Below the pieces are notes generated by a model. That model was not told the origin of the DNA and did no database searches. It was given only the letters and a program-made list of their open reading frames with translations. A stretch of 64,000 nucleotides of DNA from Octopus vulgaris (Eukaryota): NCBI GenBank assembly GCA_951406725.2, contig OX597823.1, positions 74,090,001 to 74,154,000 of the forward strand. Reading direction: 5' to 3'. Below, in pieces: positions 41,231 to 56,509 of this stretch (positions are counted from its first letter, which is position 1; each line of letters starts with the position of its first letter). The translations under genes were made by a program, and so were the position numbers.

Positions 41231-42150
41231 ACATATATATATATATATATTTGTACACGGGCACACAAAATACATACATACACACCTACACACTTATAGA
41301 AATATGAAACAAAACATAACTTTTTAACGAATCAATACATATACATACACCCTCACACATGGAACAAACCGTAAGTCCACTTACACATTTTATTTGCATA
41401 TGTGTGTGTGTGTGTGTGTGCTTATGTGTTTATACATTTATACATACATATATATAAATATATATATACATATATGCTTTCGGCCACACACACATACAAA
41501 CACACATATACCTATACATATCTTTTACACGATTACATATATAGATTCAGACGTGGATAATCGTACAAATTCACGCATAGGATACATACATACATACATA
41601 CATACATACATACATACATACATACATACATACATACATACATACATACATACATACATGCATACATACATAAATAGAAAAACATATATGTACGCGTTTA
41701 CATGAAACATTCATACACACATATACTTATGCATAATTATGTAAGATTCTATAACCCTCTGTGTAATGGAATATATATGTATAAAAACTTTACTTTTCTT
41801 TGTATCTTTTTATAGAAAATTTGTAGTTTTATTCAATTTGTGCGTTTCTTTTCATTTCTCTGTTTATTGGCTGCCTCAATCTACTTGTTTCTTCTTTATT
41901 TCGTTTGTACTCTGTGATATGTGGAGATCGCGTGGGGAATGCGCTCCTTTTCCTATGTGATTTCAATATATTGTAATGTGATATAATACATGAAAACACA
42001 ATTCTGAGAATATCATGGTGTGATCGCAGACATATAAATTAGTCTGATGTGTAAAATCAAAGTCTTGAAAACGCCCCACCTCCACTCATATACAGTACAG
42101 AAGTGTAGTTTAACAAACACACAGCCACACAAATCCTACAAAACCGTGTG

Positions 42151-42187
<37 letters not shown>

Positions 42188-42188
<1 letters not shown>

Positions 42189-42569
42189 GGAGTGGCTATG
42201 TGGTAAGTAGCTTGCTTACCAACCGCATGGTTCCGGATTCAGTCCCACTGCATGGCACCTTGGGCAAGTGTCTTCTACTATAGCCTCGGGCCGACCAAAG
42301 CCTTGTGAGTGGATTTGGTAGACGGAAACTGAAAGAAGCCCGTCGTATATATATATGTGTGTGTGTATGTATATGTTTGTGTGTCTGTGTTTTTCCCCCC
42401 AACATCGCTTGACAACCGATGCTGGTGTGTTTACGTCCCCGTAACTTAGCGGTTCGGCAAAAGAGAACGACAGAATAAGTAGTAGGCTTACAAAAAATAA
42501 ATCCTGGGGTCGATTTGCTCGACTAAAGGTGGCCACAGTCAAATGACTGAAATCAGTAAAAGAGTAAAA
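42188..42569 (+). mobile_element. SINE family A, between (TA)n arrays
   Basis: Near full-length match with a small deletion in the tail. Confidence 0.9.
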
Positions 42570-42570
42570 C

Positions 42571-42662
<92 letters not shown>

Positions 42663-42852
42663 TTATCTCGGCGTGAGTACAGAAACATATACCTACATTT
42701 TGAATGAACAATGTCTGCTGTAGTCGAGAGTGTAGTGAACAACAGACACAAAATATCTGGACAGTAGCGTTGTCCGTGGCCACACCAAATCATCCTTAAT
42801 CTTAATCCATCTAGTTTCTCTCTATCTCTCTCACACAAACATGCACACACAC

Positions 42853-42931
<79 letters not shown>

Positions 42932-43646
42932 AGTGCCAAAATGGCGCTAGATGATCGTCATGAAACGTTTCAAGTTGTACATTTCATATATTAGTCTGAA
43001 ATACTTAGACGTCTAAGCAGTCGAGAAATAGTCGAACGTTAACATCTACGTTCACAGGAAATTTAAGTCCACATTATAATATTCAATTCTCGTTTGCTTC
43101 ACCAATATCGTTTTAAGTGGAGATTAATCCTATCAACTTAATCCCACTTGAAGAGCCTACGTAAGCAATGAACACTGTCCCTTCCACCTGATCAAACCAA
43201 CAAAAAACGTCCACTGATGTTTTCAGTCCGTTATTATAATTTTTGTTATCTGACCGCGTAACAATTATTAGGAATACAGACTAATTACCGAGTGTTTCTT
43301 TCGTTTGCAGCTCGGTAGTCAAGGTTTCTTATGAATATGGAAAAAGAAATGGGACGCTACAATATCTAAAACTGAGATCAGAATCCTTGGAACACCACAT
43401 GCCGTTTCATTTGCTACTGTTTAGCTTTTGCTTAGCTCTGATCAAACAGACCTATAAAATGAAAGACTTTCCAGCTTGTGAGCATCTCACCTATTTTCAA
43501 ATACTGTGTGTCCCGAACCATATCAAATATGTCTTGTTTTAAGGTAGAAAGGTCTGATTGAGGTGAGGATGGGCTTGGTTGCTTTTACATATATATATAT
43601 ATATATATATCGGTAGAACCTAATTATCGCTCCTTCATTTTTTTAT

Positions 43647-44035
43647 AGGCGCAGGAATGGCTGTGTGGTAAGTAGCTTGCTAACCAACTACATGGTTCCA
43701 GGTTCAGTCCCACTGCATGACATCTTGGGCAATTGTCTTCTGCTATAGCCCAGGGCCGACCAATGCTTTGTGAGTGGATTTGGTAGACGGAAACTGAAAG
43801 AAGCCTGTCGTATATATGTATATATATATAAGTGTGTGTGTGTGTGTTTGTGTGTGTGTGTTTGTCCCCCTAGCATTGCTTGACAACCGATGCTGGTCTG
43901 TTTACGTCCCCATCACTTAGCGATTCGGCAAAAGAGACCGAGAGAATAAGTCCCGGGGTCGATTTGCTCGACTAAAGGCGGTGCTCCAGCATGGCCGCAG
44001 TCAAATGACTGAAACAAGTAAAAAAGTAAAAGAGT
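43647..44035 (+). mobile_element. SINE family A, full-length head to tail
   Basis: aggcgcaggaatggctgtgtggtaag...ggtgctccagcatggccgcagtcaaatgactgaaacaagtaaaa. Confidence 0.9.
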
Positions 44036-44276
44036 ATATATTTATGCATGCATGCATGTATGGATGTATGTATGTAATGTATGTATGTATGCATGTATGT
44101 ATGTATGTATCTATGCATGTATGTATTTGTGTATGCATTTATGTATGTATATACATATAATCACACGCACGCACACATGCACACATTATGATTGTATATA
44201 TATATATATATGTCATATATCTATATCATATATATAAATATATATTATAATCATATAATATATATATATATACATA

Positions 44277-45310
44277 TGTCAAAATTGTCAAATTTTGGAA
44301 TCCGTGGAAAACTAATGTACTGGATTGAGTATTTCTTAGAGAACAGAACACAACATGTGATCGGTGGAATCCACTCAAGCCCAGAAAAAGTCACCAGTGG
44401 TGCTCATCAGAGGACTGTCTTGGCCCGGCTTCTGTTTATAGTTTGTAGAAACGACCTTTTCAGCATCATAAGACTCAACAAAATGTAAGTACTCTCTGAT
44501 GACTCCAAGCTCTAGAAAATATCAATGGTGAAGAAGACCGAACTGAACTCCAGTCTGATCTACATGCTGTAAGTCAATGGGCAAACAAACACAAAATGCA
44601 ACTAAACTAGGGAAAATTTGAGCTGATGTATTTTGGAAGAAAGACTATTCTAAAACAAACATACTCTCTTCCTTCACAACATCTAATAATATCAGCTTCC
44701 TCTTTTCTCCTCCTTTGTACAACCACACGTCGAATACTATTACCACCTGTGGTCTCCCTATACAAAACAAAGCATTTCGAAAAGTGAATCACCCAGAGGG
44801 CATTCACTAAAAGAGCTAAGGGCATGACTAATCTCAACTATTGGGATCAGCTTAAAGCATTGAAACTCTATTCTCTCCAGCACCACCGTGAGCGATACAT
44901 CATTTGCACAATGTGGAGAATATACCACCAACATTGCCCAGACGACCTCAATATTAGTTTCAGATTTCATCCAAGGCTAGGACCACCGGCTATACATCCC
45001 TTACCCAATTCAGGATCACACCATATAAATATACTGCAACACAATTTCTTTTCCTCAACAGGCCCTGCCCAGTTTAACATTTTCCCGAAACAGATCAAAG
45101 AGGAAAAGGATCCCATTACCTTTAAACGGAATCTGTGGACATTTCTTCAAAGAATACCAGATAAACCATTTATACCTGGTTACCACTCACTCAAAAAGAC
45201 CTCCCTACTCGAATGGATCATGATACCACAAAACTTGACTTAAAAAAGATTTAGCTAATCCTATCAGGTGGTAATTTCATTGGTCGAAACATATCTAAGT
45301 TTATCTAAGT
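44277..45310 (+). mobile_element. Decayed 5'-truncated CR1-group LINE
   Basis: KLSNFGIRGKLMYWIEYFLENRTQHV..SGAHQRTVLARLLFIV, SDDSKL, LKLYSLQHHRERYII...FLQRIPDKP. Clearly related to 59406-60599, with tail (tatctaagtt)x2. Confidence 0.9.
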
Positions 45311-45439
45311 TTATATATATACATATATACATACATACATACAAACATATATATATCTTACCGTCCGGACTGTATATACATGTGTGTGTTTGTGTATGTT
45401 TGTGTGTAAATGTATATATATATACATGCACATATACAA

Positions 45440-45483
<44 letters not shown>

Positions 45484-46139
45484 GTATGCATATATTTATG
45501 TGTATATGTATATGTATACATACATATACATATACATTCATACATACATACATACACACACATTAATATGTGTGTGTTTGTGTGTGTGTGTGTGTGCGTG
45601 TGTATGCATATGTATAAAATACGAAATTATAGTGCAGCGTATAAGACACACCTACATACATATATACATATACACACACACACATAGACACATGTATCTA
45701 TATAAAGAGAGACAGAAAGGACTCCAACATATACATAGGGGAATACAGTTGCATACGCATTTTAATGGCCAGTTCTCCATGAGCACTTATATTGTTGCAT
45801 AGTTACATGTTTAGCATTCATCTAAGAAAGATTATAACTATACGTGGGAAATATACAATTACTTTCAAATGGTGCTACAAGGTAACGGAACAGTGTCTGT
45901 ATGTGTACCTGCCTGGAAATGATAATAAACCGAGATAGAGCAGAGGTGGGGTGAGAGAAGGAGAGTAAAAGAGAAAGGGTGATAAGCAAGGGAGAAGAGA
46001 GTGGGAAAGAGAATACGAGGTAGAAGAGGTGGATAGAATTAATGTGAGAGATAGAGAACTAGGATCGTTAGATTGTGAGAGTAGAGACTGTTTTAAAGGC
46101 AGATGTAAGAAAGTGGTGAGAATGGGAGATAGATAGATC

Positions 46140-46181
<42 letters not shown>

Positions 46182-46301
46182 GGGAGAGTGAGAGAGAGAA
46201 AGAGAGAGAACAGTACATGTATATTCATCTCTCTCTCTCTATATATATCTCTCTCTATATATATATATATCTATATATATATATCTATATATATATCTCA
46301 C

Positions 46302-46352
<51 letters not shown>

Positions 46353-46850
46353 ATATAGATATATGTATGTATTTATATACATGTATTTATGGAGAAAAGA
46401 GAGAGAAAACGAGAGAGAGAGAGAGAGAGTGAGAGAAAGAGAGGGAGACGGAGAAGATGAGAGAGGGAAGAGTGTGAATATGAGCTCATTGGAATTTCAG
46501 ATCATAAAATCTTTCAAAACGAAACTTAATAGATTTACGTATAGAGAATTTAAATAAATCTCGCATTGTGCTGTGACTCGAAATTTGATGTCGTTTGAAA
46601 AGTCGACTTTTAGTTGAGTTAATAACGACAATATATTGGAAGATATATTCTAAAAGGTTCTAAAGTGCACACTGGCTGCTAAGTACATATAAGCCTTGGT
46701 TTCTCATTTAATTTTCAGTTACTGTTCTGTTCGGGAATTAAACATATGTAGGACATGAACCAAAGGGAAACATGTACGCTTTTTCTTCAACTGCAGCCTG
46801 AATTCCACCAAACACTTTGCCTCATCTTCAGAAACAAAGGGCACTGTGTT

Positions 46851-46913
<63 letters not shown>

Positions 46914-47004
46914 GCTGTCTGTCAGTCTATCTGTCTGTCTGTCTATCTATCAGTGAGTGTATGTATGTATGTATGTATGTATGTATGTATGTATATATCT
47001 TTAA

Positions 47005-47266
47005 TCCCGTCGAATCATGTGTACTGTATTTAATGCACCCTCTGTGTCTATCTGTATGCTGGTCAGTCCGGCTGTCTGCTAGCTAACCGCTTCACCGAAC
47101 ATCTACGGGATATCCGACTGCGAAAAAGTAATACCCGTCGTCCGGGCATCCCACCTCACACTTCACTGACTTTAGCTCGGCCATGCACTATGGATCCACC
47201 AGCACTAGGGTTCGCCTTGAACAGCACTACATCTTGTCTCTTCAAATTCAAACACTGTTTGGACTG

Positions 47267-47270
<4 letters not shown>
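47005..47270 (+). mobile_element. Penelope-like element GIY-YIG endonuclease fragment
   Basis: [35 protein letters not shown] ... RVRLEQHYILSLQIQTLFGLN matches the PLE pattern VIYCI.C..C..LYIGET.R.L..RF.EH ... GLN. Confidence 0.8.
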
Positions 47271-48759
<1,489 letters not shown>

Positions 48760-48762
48760 CAT

Positions 48763-48808
48763 ATGATTGATTGATTGATTCTAGTTTCAGCTCATGAGCT
48801 GTGGCCAT
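48763..48808 (-). mobile_element. Micro-insertion of a LINE-type 3' terminus with (AATC)n tail inside (TA)n
   Basis: Minus strand ATGGCCACAGCTCATGAGCTGAAACTAG(AATC)4. Confidence 0.65.
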
Positions 48809-48830
48809 ATATATATATATATATACATAC

Positions 48831-48892
<62 letters not shown>

Positions 48893-48921
48893 ATATATAC
48901 ATACATATATATATATTATAT

Positions 48922-48988
<67 letters not shown>

Positions 48989-49047
48989 CATATATATATA
49001 CATATATATATATACATATATATATATATACATACATATATATATAC

Positions 49048-49120
<73 letters not shown>

Positions 49121-49129
49121 CATACATAT

Positions 49130-49203
49130 GTGGTGCTATTAAGTTAGACATGGCCTGGGCCAATAATGGCCGAAACCTATCAAAGTATCAAAATATCACA
49201 TAT

Positions 49204-49279
<76 letters not shown>

Positions 49280-49344
49280 ATACTTTGATACTTTGATACT
49301 TTGATAGGTTTCGGCCATTATTGGCCCAGGCTATGTCTAACTTA
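49130..49344. mobile_element. Inverted pair of ~65-bp CR1 LINE 3' ends inside (TA)n
   Basis: Both arms are near-identical to 59316-59386. Confidence 0.9.
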
Positions 49345-49363
49345 ATAGCACCACATATGTATG

Positions 49364-49433
<70 letters not shown>

Positions 49434-49550
49434 CATACATACATACATATATATATATATATGTATAAGGGTGAAAAGGAACACACGAGTTGATATATAT
49501 GAAAAAACAAGTCAAAATAGAAAATGCTAAAATAATTTTATAAAGAACAT

Positions 49551-49593
49551 TTCAGTACTGGTTTCGGTCATTTTGAAACCTTTTCACCTGTAA
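49551..49593 (-). ncRNA. Degenerate hammerhead-like motif
   Basis: Minus strand ttaCAG-GTGAAAA-GGTttcaaaatgACC-GAAAC-CA-GTA-CTGaa. Confidence 0.4.
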
Positions 49594-49726
49594 CGATTAA
49601 ATAATTAAATTTAGAAAAATTAGAAGAAAAGTGTTTTTAAAGGAATATTTGTATAGTGTTCAGATATAAGTGGCATTCTGCCTTCCTCTGACTCCCTTGT
49701 TTGCACTTGTGTGTTCGAGACCTCGA

Positions 49727-49772
<46 letters not shown>

Positions 49773-49807
49773 ATATATATATATATTCTGTTATTCTTTT
49801 ATATGTT

Positions 49808-50110
49808 TCAGCCCTTTCATTCTTTTGGGGTCGATTAAATAAGTACCAGTTACGCACTGGGGTCGATACAATCGACTTAATCCGTTTGTCTGTCCTTGTT
49901 TGTCCCCTGTGTGTGTAGCCCCTTGTGGGCAGTAAAGAAATAGGTATTTCGTCTGCCGCTACGTTCTGAGTTCAAATTCCGCCGAGGTCGATGTTGCCTT
50001 TCATCCTTTCGGGGTCGATTAAATAAGTACCAGTTACGTAGCGAGGTCAATCTAATCGACTGGTCCCCCTCCCCCCAAATTTCGGGCTTTGTACCTAGAG
50101 TAGAAAAGAA
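49808..50110 (+). mobile_element. SINE family B, two core units in tandem with different tails
   Basis: The core gcctttcatcctttcggggtcgattaaataagtaccag occurs twice. Confidence 0.85.
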
Positions 50111-50439
50111 ATTCAAACACTTATGACAGTAGTCCTTCAGTTTTTCTAAGCTCTATAAAAAAACCCCCAAAAAACTCGGAAGGTTGGCCTTCCAACCGGG
50201 CGTTTTGCGATACCTTTAAAGCCAGAAACTTTTCACCCTCCCTCGTATATGAGCGTAGTTTAAATGCCAAGGAGGTGTGATTTTTCTTACAGGAAAAATC
50301 CCTTTGTAGACGCATTATGCTAAAAAAAGACTTAACAAAACAAAGAAATAACAGAATATACGTTAGAGCTAGGCGAAACGAAATAGGAGTGGCTGATAGA
50401 TAGATAGAAAGAAAGAGATAGATACATAGATAGATATAT

Positions 50440-50485
<46 letters not shown>

Positions 50486-50573
50486 AGCGAGAGAGTGACC
50501 GCGGTCACTTCTGAGGTGATTTCGTTTACACACACACACATATATTGGAGGTACCAAATCTATCTACAATACT

Positions 50574-50975
50574 TACTCTTTTACTCTTTGACTAGTTTCA
50601 GTCATTTGACTGCGGCCATGCTGGAGTACCGCCTTTAGTCGAGCAAATCGACCCCAGGACTTATTCTTTGTAAGCCCAGTACTTATTCTATCGGTCACTT
50701 TTGCCGAACCGCTAAGTGACGGGGACGTAAACACACCAGTATCGGTTGTCAAGCAATGCTAGGGGGACAAACACAGACAAACAAACACACACATACATAT
50801 ATATATATACATATATACGACAGGCTTCTTTCAGTTTCCGTCTACCAAATCCACTCACAAGGCATTGGTCGGCCCGGGGCTATAGCAGAAGACACTTTGC
50901 TCAAGATGCCACGCAGTGGGACTGAACCCGGAACCATGTGGTTGGTTAGCAAGCTACTTACCACACAGCCACTAC
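50574..50975 (-). mobile_element. SINE family A, full-length
   Basis: Reverse-complement match with tail (aagagtaa)n. Confidence 0.9.
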
Positions 50976-51310
50976 TTCATCTATTTTCTGCAAAACTTCT
51001 AGGATTTCTGGATGATATTATTTGTTGCTGTTCTTTTTCCCTCCTTCATACATACCTTTTCATATGTATTTCGCCATTTATCCTTTTTTCCTATTTTAGG
51101 TGAAGTTCCACACAAATAGGTGGAAGATTATATTGTGTTGACGTTGGATGTAGCAAGGAAGATGACGAAGGGGATGAATAGGGACGTAGGTGAAGGAAGG
51201 AGTATGATGGAGCTGTTGGTATCGGTAGATATTACTTCAACAACAGTGAAGAATACAGAGCTGGAAAGAGACGAAGAGGATATAGCTTAATGGTGATATT
51301 TGTGGCAGAG

Positions 51311-51543
51311 AAGGCGGCGAGCTGGCAGAAACATTAGCCCACCGGGCGAAATGCGTAGCCGTATTTCGTCTGCCGTTAAGTTCTGAGTTCAAATTCCGCC
51401 GAGGTCGACTTTGCCTTTCATCCTTTCGGGGTCGATAAATTAAGGACCAGTTACGCACTGGGGTCGATATAATCAACTTAATCCGTTTGTCTGCCCTTGT
51501 TTGTCTCCTCTGTGTTTAGCCCCTTGTGGGTAGTAAAGAAATA
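51311..51543 (+). mobile_element. SINE family B with 16-bp target-site duplication
   Basis: GATATTTGTGGCAGAG occurs at 51295-51310 and 51544-51559. The central core resembles the Meta/MESC SINE domain. Confidence 0.9.
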
Positions 51544-51639
51544 GATATTTGTGGCAGAGGTTGAGAGGCGGGCTGCAGAGATAATGGTTCAGACGACAAT
51601 GATGATAAAGTTGCTGTCTTCTTCTTCTCCTTCTTCTTC

Positions 51640-52103
51640 CAATCAGGACTCACGCCATTAGCCACAAAGAATAGTCTCTAATTCGAGCCTATTCTATGCT
51701 ACCAAGAATGCGTGTGGCAACTTGAAGATCCACCCGCCACCCGCGATAGACTGGCTGTTGCACGGGCGCGAAAGCTACGTTGTTATCCTAATTCCGTAAG
51801 CAGTGGCTTTTAACGGGTGGAGAGCTGAACCTTCCTGGGGTACAGAGGATTCGCAATCTAGACTAGGGTCTGAAAGTTTTACCACACCATAGTGGGTTAC
51901 ACCACGGTTCCTCTGCTTTGTGGAAGAAGTAGGAAGAAAGAGTGAGAGAAAGTTGAGGTGAAAGAGTACAGCGGGCCTCCTCACCCCGCCGGAGGTTCGT
52001 GGAGCTTAGGTGTTTTTGCTCACAATGCTCGGTCTAGAAATCGAAACCGCGTTCTTACGATCGCGAGTCCGCTGCCCTAACCATTGGGCCATTGTGCCTC
52101 CAC
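51640..52103 (-). mobile_element. SINE family C-related copy with a different 3' half
   Basis: 51930-52103 matches the 23760-23945 region. The left boundary is uncertain. Confidence 0.65.
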
Positions 52104-52431
52104 TGAAGTTGCTGTTGCTGGTAGTGGCAGTGATAGTGGTTTTAGTTATGGTGAAAATAACACTGAAGATGATGATGATGGTGATGTTGAATATTATTAA
52201 AGACAATAGTAACAGTAGTAGTAGTAGTAATAGTAGTAGTAGTAGTAGTTGTTATTATTATTATTAGTAACGCATCTGAATGTTTAATGTATACGAATTT
52301 ATATAAGAGTATGTGCGTATAAGCGTATGTCTACATGTTTGTACGCATGTAGTATTTTGTCCTCCCTCTTTTTTCCTCTACTGTCTTTCTTCCTTCCTAC
52401 CTACCTACCTACCTACCTACTAGTCTGTCTG

Positions 52432-52504
<73 letters not shown>

Positions 52505-52699
52505 GCATATACGTGCGTCCCTATTTGCATATACATACATACATACACACACGCACACACACAAGCACACATATATATATACACACACACACAAACACAC
52601 TTATATATAAATATATGTATATATATATATAAAAATGTATATGTATATAAATATACACACATATATATGTATCTCTCTTTCTCACTCTCTCTCTCTCTC

Positions 52700-52764
<65 letters not shown>

Positions 52765-53143
52765 CACATATATGTAGACACACACGTTAGAAGTTAGCTT
52801 GCAACAGTTGTACATGACATCAGTCACTATATGTTAAATGTTTAATCGATCAAGGTAAGTCTACTGCAATTTTGTAGAAATGGTTTTAAAAATAGAAGTT
52901 TAATTCTTCTCTTGTTTGTTATATATATTTTTATTCTGGTCTGTTTCGTTATATATAGTCATTACCTTTTATTTCCTTATGTTTCCACGGTGTCTTTTAT
53001 TCAAATTTTTTCTATTATGTCTTTCAAGTTGCTTTCTTTTTTACTTTTAGCGGTGGAACCTCCGCTTTTGTATTTCTTCTGCAACTTTTGTTTCTTCCTT
53101 GTAATATATTATAACTTTCTTTCTGAACGAAAAATCTTGCACC

Positions 53144-53175
<32 letters not shown>

Positions 53176-53664
53176 CAACAACAACAGCAACGTCTTTATG
53201 CTACTGATGCATAAGTTTCTTCTTTTCTCTCTCTCTCTTTCACTATGACAATCACTACTACAGCGTTTATGAATAGCACCACCACCACCTTATCATGACT
53301 ACCGATAACCCCAGCAGCAGCAGCATTAGCAGTAGTAGTACAGGACTTGAGCTCAGAACAAAGAACCGGAAAGAAGCGCTGCTAAGCATTTTGTTCGACG
53401 CACTGACAATACTGCCAGCTCGCTGCCTCAGTAATAAACATAATCTCTCTCTATATAAAGCTGAAGTTGTCTGTGTATGGCAGGTTTGGTAGTCTTCAAC
53501 TAACACTATCTCCTCCAAGACCCTGCGACGCAAGTTGACCAAAATTGAGAGTATGATAGAAGAAGGCTTGCTCCTCCTTCCGTAGAAGAAAAAATTCAAA
53601 TCGGATCATGTTAACACCAAAAATTATTTACATCAAAAAGGTGCTTTTTTTTCTATGAAAAGTT

Positions 53665-53735
53665 CTGGCGTCGATTTGCTCGACTAAAGATGGTGCTCCA
53701 GCATGGCCGCAGTCAAATGACTGAAATAAATAAAA
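53665..53735 (+). mobile_element. SINE family A 3' fragment
   Basis: gtcgatttgctcgactaaagatggtgctccagcatggccgcagtcaaatgactgaaa. Confidence 0.8.
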
Positions 53736-53855
53736 GAAAATTAAAATAAAAAATAACCTTTTATGTGCGCGCGTGCGTGTCTGTGTGTGTATGCGCAATA
53801 TACAAATGTACACGCGTACATATATACCAACACAAGCATATATACAAACCCATAT

Positions 53856-54170
53856 GAAGGAGTGTGGCTTAGTTGGTAGGGTGTATGGCTCACGATCGTA
53901 AGGTCATGAATTCGATCCCCAGCGGCGCGTTGTGTCCTTGAGCAAGACACTTTATTTCACTTTATTTCCTCCAGTTCATTCCGCTGGCAAAATTGAGAAG
54001 TACCTGTATTTAAAAAGGCCAACCTTGTCACACTCTCTGTCACGCTGGATTTCCCTGAGAACTACATTGTATCTATGGAGAGCTCAGCCACTTGGATGCT
54101 ACTTTTACGAGCAGACTGTTCTGTTGATCAGATCAACTGAAGCACTCGTCGTAACCGACGGACTCCCAGT
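53856..54170 (+). mobile_element. SINE family D (tRNA-like head plus gtgtccttgagcaagacactt core)
   Basis: A box tggcttagttggtagg and B box gaattcgatccc, followed by a SINE core-domain-like sequence. Confidence 0.75.
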
Positions 54171-54188
54171 CAGTTATATATAAATATA

Positions 54189-55282
54189 CTGGGTTGCCAA
54201 GAAAGTAATTTCGGCTTTTTAATATGAAATAAAAGTAATTCCTTTTCATACAAAGAATGAACTTTAATCAATTATATGTTTTCCATTTTGTTTCACGACC
54301 TTTTGCCATTTTTCTGGCAATTTCATGATTCCGCACTAATAGAACTTCTGGTCTTTATCAGCCAAAAACTGAAGCAAGTGCGATTTCAGGTCGACATAAT
54401 TATTGAAAATGTTACCACTCAAAGAATTTTTCAAACTTCGAAATAAGTGGTAATCTGATGGTGCAAGCTCAGTGCTATATGATGGATGTTACATCACTTC
54501 CCAATCAAGCTCCAGTCAGTTTTCACGATTTACCAAAGACGTGTGTAGTCTAGCATTGTCATGGTGGAACACGATAGCCGTTTTTCTTTGATTGTTTTCT
54601 CTAGTTTTATTAGTTGTTGACAGTAAATATTTGAATTGATCGTTTGGTTCCTTAGAAGCAGCGCAAAATACACAACATCTTTGTAATTCAACGAAATTGA
54701 CAGCATGACGTTTTTTTGATGCAATTTAGCTTTCAGTGTGGTTTGTGTTGGTCCATTACGCTTGGACCATGATCGTTTTCGATTGATGTCTTTCTAGACA
54801 ATCCATTTTTTCCTCACCAGTGATGATTCGTTGAGTCCAGGACATTTTAAGGGATTTTTCAATTGTTGTGTGTGATACAATTACCCCCTCTGCAATCTCT
54901 CGCACAGTTATATGACTGACAGATTCAATTATGACTATGATTCGGTCATCATCAACTTCAGTAGGTCGACCAGAACGTTGGTCAACTTTGAGTGAAAAAT
55001 CTCCAGAACAGAATTTTCTAAACCATTTCTGACATGTGCGTTCTGGTAAACAATCAACACTATAAACTTCACACATCTCTTTGTGAACCTCAGCAGCTTC
55101 CTTGCCTATACGGAAATAATAAAGCAAAACATGCGAAAATGTTCGTTTTTGCAATCCATGTTAAAACTGACACTGAACTAGCAGCTGTAAGCAAAATTAC
55201 GCGCAATTTGCTTCTAAACTAAGCTAAGGAAAAAAAAAATCATAACTCTGTTTGAGAACGAAATTACTTTTTGCCAACCCAG
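54189..55282 (-). mobile_element. Decayed, internally deleted mariner (DD34D), mellifera-like TIRs
   Basis: TA|CTGGGTTGCCAAGAAAGTAATTTCG...CGAAATTACTTTTTGCCAACCCAG|TA. Fragments include WFRKFCSGDFSLKVDQRSGRP, RIITGEEKW, FHHDNAR and YSTELAPSDYHLF. Confidence 0.92.
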
Positions 55283-55484
55283 TATGTATGTATGTATGTA
55301 TGTATGTATGTATGTATGTATGTATGTATGTATGTATGTATGTATGTATGTATGTGTGTGTATGTATGTGTGTATGTATGTATGTATGTATGCATGCATA
55401 CATGCATGCATGTATGCATGTATGTATGTATGTATATATATACATATATATAATATATATTGTACATATGTATATATAGACATC

Positions 55485-55534
<50 letters not shown>

Positions 55535-55536
<2 letters not shown>

Positions 55537-55690
55537 TTTACTACCCACAAGGGGCTAAACATAGAGGGGACAAACAAAGAGAATAAGTCGATTACATCGA
55601 CCCAGTGCGAAACTGGTACTTTATTTATCGACCCCGAGAGGATAAAAGGCAAAGTCATCCTCGGCGGAATTTGAACTCAGAACATAACGA
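55535..55690 (-). mobile_element. SINE family B fragment
   Basis: Reverse complement of the family B core and first tail. Confidence 0.8.
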
Positions 55691-56292
55691 CATATATGTA
55701 TATATATATAAATATATATATATGTATATATATATGTATAAATATCTATATATGCATACATGTATACACACACATGTATATGCATGCTTGTGTGTATGTA
55801 TGACACATAGACATCTAAAACATACAGGCACGTTCATACACGCGTGCACACACAGATGAATATAGCTTAGTATATTTATCAGTGAGGAAATTTTGCAGTT
55901 AATAGAACAAGTGTGCTTATATGTTCGCATGAGACCTGTATTAGCAAATATCTGAGCGTCACTCCGCTCCTTGTGAAATTTATTTTCCTTCAGAGAATTA
56001 TTCATAAAAATTGTTTGTATCCTAGTTCTGTGAAGACAGCCTCAGTAAGTTCCTGTAACCTCCAAGTTCCGTGTCTGTTGCTTCTATACATAAACAGCGC
56101 TTTGCCGGGATGAGATGGAAGAATAATATAAAAAAATACTTCTTAATATACATAGCACCCGATATATATTTATGTTGTAGAATTTCACACCGAAGAATAT
56201 TTACATATTTGCTTGTACTTCGAATAATAATATTTTCAAGTGTATATATAAAATTAGGCAGCAATTACATACATATACGCGTAGGTGTATGC

Positions 56293-56347
<55 letters not shown>

Positions 56348-56412
56348 AGCGCGTGCGTATGTCTTTGTGTGTGTGTCAGTGTATCTCTCTTTATATGTAT
56401 ATACATACGTAT

Positions 56413-56459
<47 letters not shown>

Positions 56460-56472
56460 CACACACACACGC

Positions 56473-56509
<37 letters not shown>

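Noticed and set aside
55994-56044. 51-nt plus-strand exon candidate (ttttccttcag|...|gtaagt)
   Set aside because: Splice-like signals arise often by chance in AT-rich DNA, and the peptide RIIHKNCLYPSSVKTAS is unrecognisable.
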